Source of the DNA: Amoebophrya sp. A120
Lineage: Eukaryota > Protista > Dinoflagellata
Length of the DNA: 64,000 bases
NCBI GenBank assembly: GCA_905178155.1
Contig: CAJINV010000001.1
Location: 7,323,794-7,387,793, forward strand
Direction: 5' to 3'
A model generated the notes under the pieces. That model saw only the letters and a program-made list of their open reading frames with translations, was not told where the DNA came from and ran no database searches. Positions 50,448 to 61,699 of the stretch are shown here, piece by piece. The first letter of the stretch is position 1; the number at the start of each line of letters is the position of its first letter. A program made the translations under genes and the position numbers.

Positions 50448-52969
50448 TCACGGTGCCTTGACTTCGGCCAATGAGACATCGGACTCGACCGGCGGGGCGC
50501 CGGCAATGTGCGCCAACTGCTTCTATCACACAGAAAAAAGCTGGCAGGTCATATTTGTAATGCAAAAATAAATAGACAAAAAAACTTGTATCGCGTATCC
50601 TAAACAGCATGCTATGAGGCCGCCCATGACAGATCTCTCTGCGTATTTATTTTTGCATTACAAATATGCCCTGCCAGTTTTTTTCTGTGGGATAGCTTCA
50701 GATACGCACTGAGGTGAGTCAAGCCGTCCCCCAAGAACCGCTTGCGCTCGGAGACGAAGTCAACTGCGGTCCGCAACTCCCTCCGTCGCTTTTTCAAGTC
50801 CAGCTGTTTCTGCAGCAATTCCTCTTGCTCGTTCAGCTGGTGCGTTTTCTCGAGCGCCAACTTCGCACTCTTCTCTGAAAACACCGCTCGGAGCGAACTG
50901 GTGAAAGTCAGAACAATGGGTATAGAATTTCGCTGTTTTCCAACTTTCGTTTCCCCATTGACATACAAAAATAATGCACCAGCTAACACTCACTACGATG
51001 TAGCAAAATAAAAACACACTTCTTACTCGAGCGATTTGTTCTCCTCGGCTTGCAACTGCGTGAGTTCGCTCTTCAGTCGGGTCAGCATGCTCTCGCCCTC
51101 TTTGTCCTGTTCCGGCTCCTTAGCCCAGCTCATGTCCTTTTCCATGGCTACTGGGTCGTACTTCGTCTTTTTCGCCGACGTTTTGCTGCTTTTCTTTGCG
51201 TGCTTCTGCAACTTGCTCGTCCCATGTCTCAACATTTCCGTCCCAGCATTACTCCTTCCGGCTTCTTCTTGTTTTTTCTTGTCCGCCTTGATGGCGTGAT
51301 GGTCGTCGGACCTTCGCACGGAGAGAAAGCTCGTTGCACCGGCTCCTCCTGCTTGGTTGGCGGCGAGCAGGCTTTGCTGCTGCTCTTTTTGCCCCGCTTC
51401 GGCGTCGAACACGGGTGGCGCATCCGCACGCATCTCGGATGGCAAGACGCTTTGCACCGGCTCCGTCGGCGCTTCGTGCTGGATGTCGGTGCTCTTCATG
51501 TCCAACCGCAACAAATCCACCTCCGGTGCCCTGCTCGCCTCGCTGATGTCCCGAGTTTCACTGTCAATCTTGCTCGCAAAGTCCGCGCCGGTAATCACCT
51601 TTTTCTGCAGCGCCCCGATGATTTTGCGCAACCCGTCGTCCTCCGCGAGAATCTGTACATGTGTAGAAAAGTACAAAGAAGTGGTTGAAAAAACCCTCTT
51701 CTACCTTTTTGTTCGGTTATTTCTCGTCAAAAAATGGCGGATCAGACATGAAGAAACACGACCACGAGCAACAACCAGAAGACAAATAAGTACTTACCTG
51801 CTGCCCCTGCACTTGCAAAATTTCGCTATCTTTCACCAACGCGTTATTCTCCTTCCGCAGCTCCTCGTTCTGTTTCCGTACCTCCTCGATCTCGGCCTTT
51901 TCCACCTGCAACTTCTTCTCCAGCTCGGCTTTGCTCCGTTCCAGTCGCGACCGGTCGTGGGTGGCCAGCTGCGCGATCCGAGCATTATCAAATGCAAAAG
52001 TGTCTGGGTCTGGAAGGTTGGAACTTGTGATGCTAACTTTGGACGCTAAAACAATCTGTATTGCATGACCAGCAAGAGGAGTCTAGTTTGTGCTACGCGG
52101 GGAGGGCGTTTGTCATGCGGAGTAGGCATCAGGAAGCCCTCTAAAAATATGTGAAGATGCTAGGTCGTGCATTACAGACATCCTGGGTCATGCAAAACAT
52201 GCATGACAAATCTCAAAATCTTCCTGACCCAGACATTTTTGCATTTGATAAGCATTCAGCTTCAACACTTCCACCTGCATCTTGTTCACCGTCTCGGTTT
52301 ATCAAATGTAAAAATGTCTGGGTCTGGAAACTTGTGATGCTGGGCGGCGTCTCATGATGAGGCCACAAATGCTGGCTCAGCATGACAAGTTTCTGAGCTT
52401 CTAGGTGTTGCCTATTCTGCATGACAAACTGCGTTTCTGCATCACAGAAAAATGCAGCTCTTGGGTAACGTGCATGACAGATTTAAGAGTCATGCCAGAC
52501 AAGCATGACAAACATGCATTCTTCCAGACCCAGACACTTTTGCACTTGATACGGTTGCCGGCGTCATCACCGTCTTCACGTCGGGTAGCTCCGCGTCGAC
52601 TTTGGTGAGTGTCAAACTTGCAGACGAGGTTGAGGCAGAGGACGCGGCACTGGAGCTGGCCCCATTAGTGGCAGACTTTCGCTGCTTACCTTGTTGCTGG
52701 GCCGCGTGGTTCAGGTTCTTGTTGTTGTTGGCTACAACATTCGAAGAGCTGTTCTTTGCCTTCCTCGTCTTCTTGTCCGCCTCACTGGTGCCGCTTGTTG
52801 CCGCGAGCCCGAAATTTTTCTTGCTCCTTTGCACTTTTGTGGTCGTCCCTGACGTGGTGCGAAGGGCAGTGGCTGAAGAAGTAGACGCAAGAGCTCCGAC
52901 ACTCGCCACGAGCGCAGCGGTTCGCGGCGCCAGCCGCAGGCATCGGCTCGACGATGAAATTGCGACCAT
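50448..52969 (-). CDS. Hypothetical coiled-coil protein with N-terminal hydrophobic (signal-like) segment; three introners
   Basis: MVAISS..AALVASVGALAST; joins PAT|ETVNK, LNA|RIAQL, GQQ|ILAED and AYLK|QLAHIAG..KAP*. Confidence 0.7.
50524..50694. mobile_element. Introner element, family E, fold-back type (171 bp)
   Basis: About 51-bp TIR TATC(A/C)CACAGAAAAAA(G/A)CTGGCAGG(T/G)CATATTTGTAATGCAAAAATAAATA; DR GCTTC at 50519-50523 and 50695-50699. Confidence 0.9.
51986..52250. mobile_element. Introner element, family A2 (265 bp)
   Basis: TIR TATCAAATGCAAAA(G/A)TGTCTGGGTC(T/A)GGAA; DR AGCAT. Confidence 0.92.
52300..52551. mobile_element. Introner element, family A1 (252 bp)
   Basis: Family A TIRs; DR CGGTT at 52295-52299 and 52552-52556. 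Confidence 0.92.
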
Positions 52970-53979
52970 TAGTTGGGCACCGCGGTCCTTTCTTTGCACA
53001 ACAGAAGTAATGATCACACGACTACGGCGCGAACTCTCAGTCCGTTGTGTAACCTACATCTGTCATCTGCACCCGATCGGCGTGCGAAGACAACCGATCC
53101 CCTAGTTCGCTTCGAGTTCGACCGGTCAGACAGTACTTTTCTTCTCTTTGCTTGAACTGCCCTGCAGCTTCTCTTTCAAAGAGCCCCTTCATCGTTTTGC
53201 AGACATCCTTCTACTAACTACCTTGTTAGCAACTCTCGTTTTATGCCGATGCCGCCTTTCATGCTCGCGCCGCGTGTCTCTCGCATTCTTGGTGGGCAGT
53301 AACTTCTTCAACTCAGATGCAGGTACAACACTGAACCCTGGTCGGAATGCAAGAGAGCGATAGCACGAGACGTCGTCGGCATCCAGACGACACCCACGCA
53401 GAGGACACATCCAAAATGCAGCCTGTAGTGCCGCAGTTTGTGTTTTTCTTTTTGGTTTCGTCATTTCATTGCGTATTTTACAAGCAGTTGCGTACTACAT
53501 TTCATGTTCATCGCTGCGTATACATTCGATTGCAAAGTCCCGGTTTGGCGAACCAGACTCTGCTCAACACGGCTCGACCACCTTCGGTTTTGCTATCACT
53601 GAAGCGCTCTTTGTCTCCTACACGCTTCCTGCAACCGAGCCGCTCATTCATTCAAAGCATAGCAGATACCATCAACCGTGCACAGTAATTGACACCAACT
53701 ACCTGTATGCCAAATCATAGATAAAGTAAAAGCAAGAGAAACCGACATGCTGCCGATGTGCAAGCACACTGTGCTATGTTTCTGTTTGGAAGTTCTTTGC
53801 AAAAAGTTCTGACCTTTGTAGTGTTTGTGTTTCTACTTAACATCATTGTGTTTCTGTTTCTAAGATTCAATAGTTTCTAAACTCGATGAAATTCATCAGT
53901 TTCCTGACCAGGCGACGGCTCTATTTTTCGTTTTAATTTCTTCACACCCGACTCAGCCAGAGAGATCGCGATCTCCTGC

Positions 53980-56900
53980 TCACACCGGCTGCCGGGGTTT
54001 CTTGTCGTAGGGCACGCCGTTCCGGTCGAGGTAAATGCCGAAGACCTTTGCGTCCTTTTCCCGCTCCAGCTCGTCGTAATCGATCTTCTCCACCTTGCGC
54101 TGAACCATCAGTGGCTGCGACCGGAACATTATTTGCTTTCCAACCTTCTTGTGCACCGGTGCCTGCGACCGCAGCAAACTCTCCTTCAGACGCTTTTCCC
54201 GCTCCCGTGCGTGCGCCTCTATGCGGGCCTGTCGCACCCGGTCGCGACGGTCGCGCTCCTGAAAAATTTGCGAGATCAATGCAGCTCCGATTCCGAATAG
54301 CGTTGATGTTCAAAAAAGTGATCGCCCTAGTATGTGCTTACAGCTGAACCGAGATTGAAGACGAATCGCATAATATGTTCATCTTCGACATAAATCCGGC
54401 TCACAAGATTCATGTAAGTACAACTCGTACCTTTTCTTTTTCTAATCTGGGCACGAGATCCTTGTCCCCTTGCACTTCTTCGTTATCCAGCGTTCCAAAT
54501 AATTCCTCGAGCTTGTTCTCGATCTGGCTGAGCATCTGCAGGGGGTCTCGTGCCTCGGTATCGAACCCGCACACTTGAAATACGCCCAGGACCTGGAGTT
54601 TATTCATTGTTTCTTCGGTAATAAATCGAAGCAGCGTGCTCCACGCGGCCTTATTAGTGCAATGAAAACTGATACTACCAGATTTCTGATACTACGTACC
54701 AGAAATCACCAACTCCTTCAAAAAACGCTCAAGTGAGTACTTACCTCCGCACTGAGGTCCGCAAGCAACTGTGCTTGGCTGACCTCCTCTGCTCCCTCCT
54801 CTTTGGGCTGTTCTTCTTTCTCCTCCTTTCCTGCCCGCCCCTTGCGTGCGTTCTCGATCTCCTGCAAAGCCTGTGCACATTTCTGCTTCTTCTCCAGTAT
54901 TTGCTTTTCCGTGTTCTCGATGCCCTCCTTTAATGCGTGGGTTTTCGCCTCCATCACCCGCCTTGCCTCCTCAAACTTTTCCTCGATCTCTTCCATAGCC
55001 TGCGATAAAATCGTGCGACATTTCAACACCATCACGACGACCACAGGTGGTTTCATTATCGACGCTATCATTTCATCTACTTCATGCAGGTAACATTAGC
55101 TGCAAACTCCTCCGGCAACAACAGAAACCACAAAACATGTACCTCTTCTGTCTCTTGGGCATTCTGGATGAGAAACAGATTCGCTTCCTCCAAATTCGTG
55201 AAGATGTCCAGAAGATGCTTCGGCTCCTTAAAATACAGCTCCTGTTTTGTCAGATATAGGAATGCTAGATGCAGGCACTGAATTCTTTTGTACTCGTTTT
55301 TCCCACCGTGCGGAGCTGCATAATTCCTTGCAACAACAATGTCGCTGGAGAAGAAAAATGTGCAATAACAATACGTCATCTTCGTCCTGGGGGGGCTGCC
55401 TTGGAAGAACGTCTTCTGTGTATTCCCTCTCCAGGACCTCCTGGCCTGGGTGGTATTTTTTCTTCAGTTTTTTTCGTTTGTTCTCAATATCGTTCCGCCG
55501 ATCCTCTGCTTTCGCCTGGAGCATCGACTCCTCTTTTTTCGACAGTTTCTTCCCCTTCTTCATAGCCTCCACGAACGGGTCGGGAATGCTATCTTCGTAT
55601 ATCTGGTGTGTGAGTTGTGGGACTCGCAATGAAAATTTCAATTTCAGAAGCTCGTCAAGCTCTCATCAAGAACATCAATTCAATGCAAAGCTTGCAGCTT
55701 TTGTATTTCTTCATCTACATTTTGGCCCAGCAAAGAAAAATAGTACCGCTAGCTCAGCCTTTATTCTCGCTTCTATGTCGTCGTTGCGCTTGTTCATCCA
55801 GATGTTCTTCTTGCGCTCGGCTTCCCTGCAAATTTTGTTCATTAACCTTTGTCTTGAATTTTTCGAAAGAGCCTGTCTCCCTCAGTCTCGAAAGAAGACT
55901 TATTTCAAAGCAGCACTAATAAGTTTGATCTCCCCCAGTAATGTCAAAATATCTATATATCAAAAACCGTTATATACAATCTTCTAAGCTCCGCCTGCTT
56001 CTGCTTCCACTCCACTGGCGTCAAGTGGTCTAGGAACTTGCGAAATTTGACGCACTCTTCCTTTTGCTCCTTGTACTTGGAAATCTCAGACTGAATCTGC
56101 GCAATTTTTCCCCGTAGGTGCTTGATCTTCTGAAGCCGCTCCTGCTTCACTTTCGTCATCTCCTCCGCGTGTCGCATGGCTTTGTGCGCTTTGGCGTCGT
56201 TCGCTTGCAGAAACGTATCGAACCTCGTAACCTGAATCAAAATCGATGGCGAATACCGAAAGGTGAAGATGATCAAGAGTGATGCTACGTTCATGCAGCC
56301 ATCAGAACCTGATCAAGAGTGGAGGTGGACTGAAAAAAAGGTGTAAAGAGTACGTCTTCATCCAACATCTGTTGGGATTTTTTCAAGGCCGTTTCCTTTG
56401 CGCGCGCCTTCTCGTCGAGCTTCAGGATCTCCGCCTTCTTCACGTCGAGTGACATTTGTACCTTGAAAACAATAGTGTTTTTATTTTCGTCGGAGCCAGA
56501 AAATAAACCTCTTTTTTTTCGAAGAACGATTATGCTGTCACGAAATCATGCGCACCGCAGGCACGGTGGAGACCGCCCAGCAAATGCTGATGCTCCAGCG
56601 CTTTGCAAATCATCTTCAGAAAAAAAGAATGACGCGTGCGCTTCTTAAGGTGAGCGATCAAAGCCTCCCACATTCAGAAATAAAAAAAGAAGTCCTATAC
56701 TTTCTTACCAGGAACATTTCTCTTTTCTTTGCAACGAAGTCCGTGGTATTTTCCCTTTCTCTCGGGACCGCCTTCTTGTCTATTACCTCGTGCTTTCCGG
56801 CCTCCTCTTTTTTGCCGCCTTCTTCGCGGAGTCGCTTCGACGGGATAAGCCGGCATGACGCAGTTTTCTTCTCCCACACCTTCTGATTTTTCTTCAGTTC

Positions 56901-57020
56901 GCGCTCCTCGGCTTTCCTGCGCTTCTCCTCTTCACGGAGCAGAAATATCTCTTCGTCAGGCGGTAGCCGGAACGGGTTCTCCACCGTCACGTGCGCGGAG
57001 GAGGAGGACGCAGACGCCAT
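53980..57020 (-). CDS. CFAP100: Cilia- and flagella-associated protein 100-like (CCDC37/38, DUF4200), multi-exon
   Basis: NPFRLPPDEEIF, KVWEK, DFVAKKREMFL|VQMSLDVKK, FDTFLQAND, ELYFKEPKHLLDIFTNLEEANLFLIQNAQE, KKVGKQIMFRSQP. Confidence 0.82.
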
Positions 57021-58247
57021 TTTGCAGAACGCCCGGCGTCACGGACTTGCAGACTCCGGTAGGCAAAAACGGCTTTCTGGCCACCTAGTATGTATGATCT
57101 GCTGTGTGCTGTGTGCTCTGTGATTCTTCCGTCTTCCCGAAAAACTACTTTCAGCGGGTGCTGTCCCCTGCGCCGCTACGACATGGCTGTTTTTACCCTG
57201 CTGGGAACTCTGCGGAAGGATTCCGCGACAGCTGCCGGCGTGCACCTCTACTACCGGGCACAACAAGATTACGCCGCTCTTCCTCTGTCTAGAGGGCCTC
57301 GTCTACGCTAGAGAATTTCGATGTAGTGAAGTCCGTGCATGGATCAAGAAAAGAAAAAAAACGAATGGCGGACGATATTAACGATTGTCATACCATAGCA
57401 ATCAATGCCGATGCTCCATGAGAAAAACCCGCACCATCTCTCTCGCTCCGCGGAATCCGGAGATGCTACCGTGCGACATTTCCCTCGACGACAACTCCCT
57501 CTTCGAGATGGTACGAACGCACCACGATCGGTCCTTGGCATTGATGGTGCTCTCTGAACGATTTGATAACGACCACTTTCTTTCCCAGATGCCACGCAAG
57601 GAAGTGAGTCGTCGGTGGGAATCCGAAACAAAAAACACAATGAACGGCATCGACCGCAACACTACCCGGGGCGGCCCTACAACATGCTAAACATCAATCT
57701 CGTGTACTCATGTTGTCGGCCATCTGACAGCGCGAGTTGTACAGTCATGCGGGGTAGCTGTTTGTGCGTGAAGTTACTGGGGAGAAAGTCGATACACTCG
57801 GGGGCGGGAAAACCACAGAAAAGAAGAACTCCTGGCGTCTTACTAGGTATAGGCAGCGACATACTCTTCATACTTTTGATGTTCCGAATACTTCTCACTT
57901 GTTCGTCTTCGCGTGCGACACACTTCTTTCAATGCAGACTGCATACGAAAGGTAGCGGCGCGCGGTTAAAACCAAAATGACGGCAAGGATGTGCGGTTAG
58001 TCCATGCTGAATAGAAGTACATACATATCTTTCCAGGATTGATGTTGTTTTTCGCAGAAACGAACTTCACGTAGTATTCAGAATCGATATATTTGAAAGA
58101 TCGCAAAAAGTCAACTAGAATTAGTTCTGCAGAGCGCTACTCCCTCGGCGAGCCGCATCCTTGACAGCGGGCGGACTGGCGAGCAATCGGCTCCTGCTGG
58201 CTGCGCGGGGAGGGGGACGGGGCCGGCTTCTTCTCGCAAATTAGAAC

Positions 58248-61200
58248 TCAAGCATTGCTTGCCATCAGCCGCTGAGCTTCCTCGTCCTGCTCTTCCTCCG
58301 CATGGCTACTGTGCTTCGTGCGCCGCGTTAAAGCATCTTGCCCAGCTTCTGCATCGCGAACAGGACCTGCAGATTTGGTCCCGTACTTATATCGATGCCA
58401 CCAAGACCCCTTTACGCCATCGTCGTCGTCGTTCAAGAGAACTTCTTGCTGGGTCGCATTCGGGATGAAGTACGGCAACATTACCAGGGAAAACATCGGC
58501 AGCACCGTGCCGATCACGCTTGCAAGCCACAAATTACCGAACTCCCCCGCTGTAATGAATAAATTTTCACAGGATAGGTATAGAAGGTTCGTTGTCAAAA
58601 GTGTGCGCAGGCACCGGAAATTTTTGATAGATGAGCATGCCTGGTTTTGACTGCCGAAACTTGAATATACTACAAATAAATAGGCACCATTGACCAGCCT
58701 GTGCTCAAATGCAACGCGTCAGTACCGTCTTTTTTGCTGCCGTCGGGCTGCACGTGAAGGGCTTCTAGAACGTAGGCGCCGAAAATCTGCCCCACTCCAT
58801 TGCCGATGTTGTGACAACCTGAGAGTATCATGCCCTCCTATGTCACAGAATGAATGAGCAAGTTAGTTAATAGCTCAATCAGAATTTGCATTTCGCATTC
58901 TCCATAGAATAGAATAAGACTACTTTTTTCGGAACAACCGAACCAACAAGCACTGGAACTACTCCATTTTCGTGGTAGTACGTCGAAATATTAAGTAATT
59001 TCGTTGCGTACCAGCGAGCAGCGCATACATGGTCGCTTCGCAGCCCTTGGGACAGAGTTGAGACAGCAGGACCACGCCAGGTAGCCACATCCACTGATGC
59101 ACGATTGAGAGGATGACCGAGCCGCCCAGGATAAACAAGTGGTCGGGGATCCCCAGCACGTGCTTGCTGACCCGTGTAAACACCAAGATCCCCAACAGCG
59201 CAAACACGCACTGCGCGACGTTGGCCACCATGAAGAGCTTGTGATAGCGCCACGTCTTCAGGCGCTGGTTGTAGATGAGCATCCCCACCAGGTTGAACAC
59301 CGACGCGACGATCCCGATGCCGGTGGTATAGAACCAGATGCTGAAGTGCGGTCCGTCCGGGTACTCCTCTTCGGAGTCTGTGAAGAAGTAGAAAGTCGCG
59401 CCCTCGATGCTCATCGACATGGCGGTCTGCAGGAACTATCCTGAGTAAAAACGTACCCACACCAGAGTCAGGATGGGGATTTTGCAACACAAACCTAGGA
59501 CTTTTGTGAGTCACGCATCACAAGCTGCAGTCCGTAGCGTGGTGCAGGTTCGCAAGGCCAGCTGCATCAGAAATCCATCTGCTCATCCTGTTTACAGCAT
59601 TACAAATTCCAAAACACGACTCGAAATGGCTCTCCTGCGGATGCGCATTACAAGTCTTCCTGTCTTTGCAAATCTGCATTACAACTCTGGTGTGGGTACG
59701 TTTTTACTCAGGGTAGGAACGTGAAAAAGTTCATGTTCGCGATGGCCGGCGAACAGAACAGCTGGAAGCAGATATCCTGATTAAAAACGTCCCCACACCA
59801 GAGTCAAGTTGGCAAATCTGCTAGACAAATCACACAGCTTTGGTTGTTTGGCATGACAAGTTTGTCCTCGTAGTGTAATCCTGTTTCGCTAGCTCAGAAG
59901 CATTACACATCTAGCCTACCATGCTGATTCTAGCATCACAAATTCCAAAACACGTAGAGAAAACGGAAATGCTTCTCATAGGGCTCCGCATGAGAAACTT
60001 TTTTGGCATGCAGATTTGCACGACAACTCTGGGGTGGGTACGTTTTTACTCAGGATAGCAGAAGAGGGCCATGACGGACACGCAGATGGCGAACCCAAAG
60101 TTCGCTCGCGTGGAGAGGCTCTCCATCAAACCGCTGCCGACCAGCGCTAGTGCGCAGAACCCCATGAAAAAGGACAAAAACACCAACTCGGGAGCAACGC
60201 GCCTTGTTGTTTTTTCATTCGAGCGGCGAAGCGACGAATTATTTGCTCCGGGCGAAGAAGATGCTGCTGGGTACAAATTTATAATTTCAGAAGTACTAGT
60301 CCCGCCGTGTGGATGAACAGGAACGCGACGGGAATCCTCGGCATCTGCGGAAGGCTCGGCCGCGGAAGTTCCAATTCCTGTGTGCGGCCGCTCGTGCTGC
60401 TGCTGTTGCTCTTGGTCCACTCGCGGTTCCACTTGTTCGCCGTCGTCTTTGCGCTCCTGCAGCCAGTTGCGAAACAACGGGTAGAGCATCAGGGAAGACA
60501 CAAACAATACGACGACCGACGGGAAGAACGGCCCGAGATTTTCCAAAACGTAGCCGATGGTAAGCGTCCCGAGAAAAGCCCCGATGCTGATGCCGCCCCA
60601 CACGAACGTCATCAGGTCAGGACCGTGCTCCGGGCGCTCGCGCATCGCCTCGGCGTACCGTGCCTCGGTGAGCAGGTCGCACACGCTCACTTGCAGGTAC
60701 GCCGTGAAGTAACAGAACACAAACAGGTTGAGCGGCAAGTAGTTCGGGAGTGCCGAATGATCGGCTTTGGACCCCAATTCGTAGTGCAGAAGCCCCTGCA
60801 CACCGACGTAGCCGGAAGCGCACATGGCCACCAGGGTGACCAGCACCATGTAACTGTTTTTGTGGTAGCCGAAAATCGGGCACCGGTCCGACAGCACGCC
60901 AAACAGCGGCTTGAGCGCCCAGGGCGCCAGCGTGACGGCCTTGTAGATCTGGATCCGCGGCCCGGAAACCTGGTAGAACTTCAGCGCAAAGTCGATGGAC
61001 GTGGCCAGGTAGCTAAAGACGAACCCCTTCAACACGTGCTATCAATTGTAAAAATGTCTGGGTCTGGAAGAGTCATGCTGTTTCTGCATGACGCAGAAGG
61101 TCTGGCATGGAAGCTCTGGCATCACAGCTTTCGAGAAGCCCCTGCGATGCCGAATCCGCATGACAAATCCCTGACTTTGGTGACAGAAAGTGGGAACTTT

Positions 61201-61699
61201 TGCTGCCTATGCATGAGAGATTTTTCTGTGTTCTGAAATGCGCATCACAAGTTTGTACTCTTCCAGACCCAGACATTTTTACATTTGATACGTGCTGGGA
61301 CAGTACCAGAATGGCGCAAAGCCGCCAGCCGTACGTGTCTACCAGCAGCTGCAGCCAGGACGTCAACCGCGCGAACTGCGCCACCGGATCCAGATACCGC
61401 AGCCACGGCACCAGTTCATCTTCTTTCCCCTTCATTTCCCTCGTCCCCGACTGCCCGTGTTCTTGTTCGCCGCCGAGGCTCTGCCTACTGCTCGCGGACG
61501 CCGCGGCGTGCGGTCCGCGGCTGTCGCGGCCGTCTTCGAACGCATCCCCCTCCGCAATGGTCGGATCGACAGCGAAGTTGTGATACTGGCTAGTAGTACT
61601 CCGCGTCAAAACCGACCCGGACTCGGTCGACGAGCGCCCGCCGTCTTTCGGCTTCGCGACTACAGTCGGGAGCAGCTCCTCGTCGTCCGAGGCCACCAT
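58248..61699 (-). CDS. BT1-family folate/biopterin transporter (MFS); three introners and two GT-AG introns
   Basis: QHVLKG, PWALKPLFGVLSD..PIFGYHKNSY, DLLTEARYA, LSQLCPKGCEATMYALLAG, NLWL. Confidence 0.92.
59437..59715. mobile_element. Introner element, family B (279 bp)
   Basis: TIR TA(T/C)CCTGAGTAAAAACGTACCCACACCAGAGT; DR GGAAC. Confidence 0.93.
59773..60057. mobile_element. Introner element, family B (285 bp)
   Basis: Family B TIRs; DR GCAGA at 59768-59772 and 60058-60062. Confidence 0.93.
61040..61290. mobile_element. Introner element, family A2 (251 bp, opposite orientation to 51986-52250)
   Basis: TIR TATCAA(T/A)TGTAAAAATGTCTGGGTCTGGAAGAGT; DR CGTGC; removal gives SQHV-LKGF. Confidence 0.93.

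Noticed and set aside
57385-57690. 101-aa plus-strand ORF
   Set aside because: Wrong strand for the block, non-ATG start, no recognisable motif.
59437-60057. Repeat-spacer appearance resembling a CRISPR array
   Set aside because: Repeats are inverted element termini in a eukaryotic gene; no cas genes.
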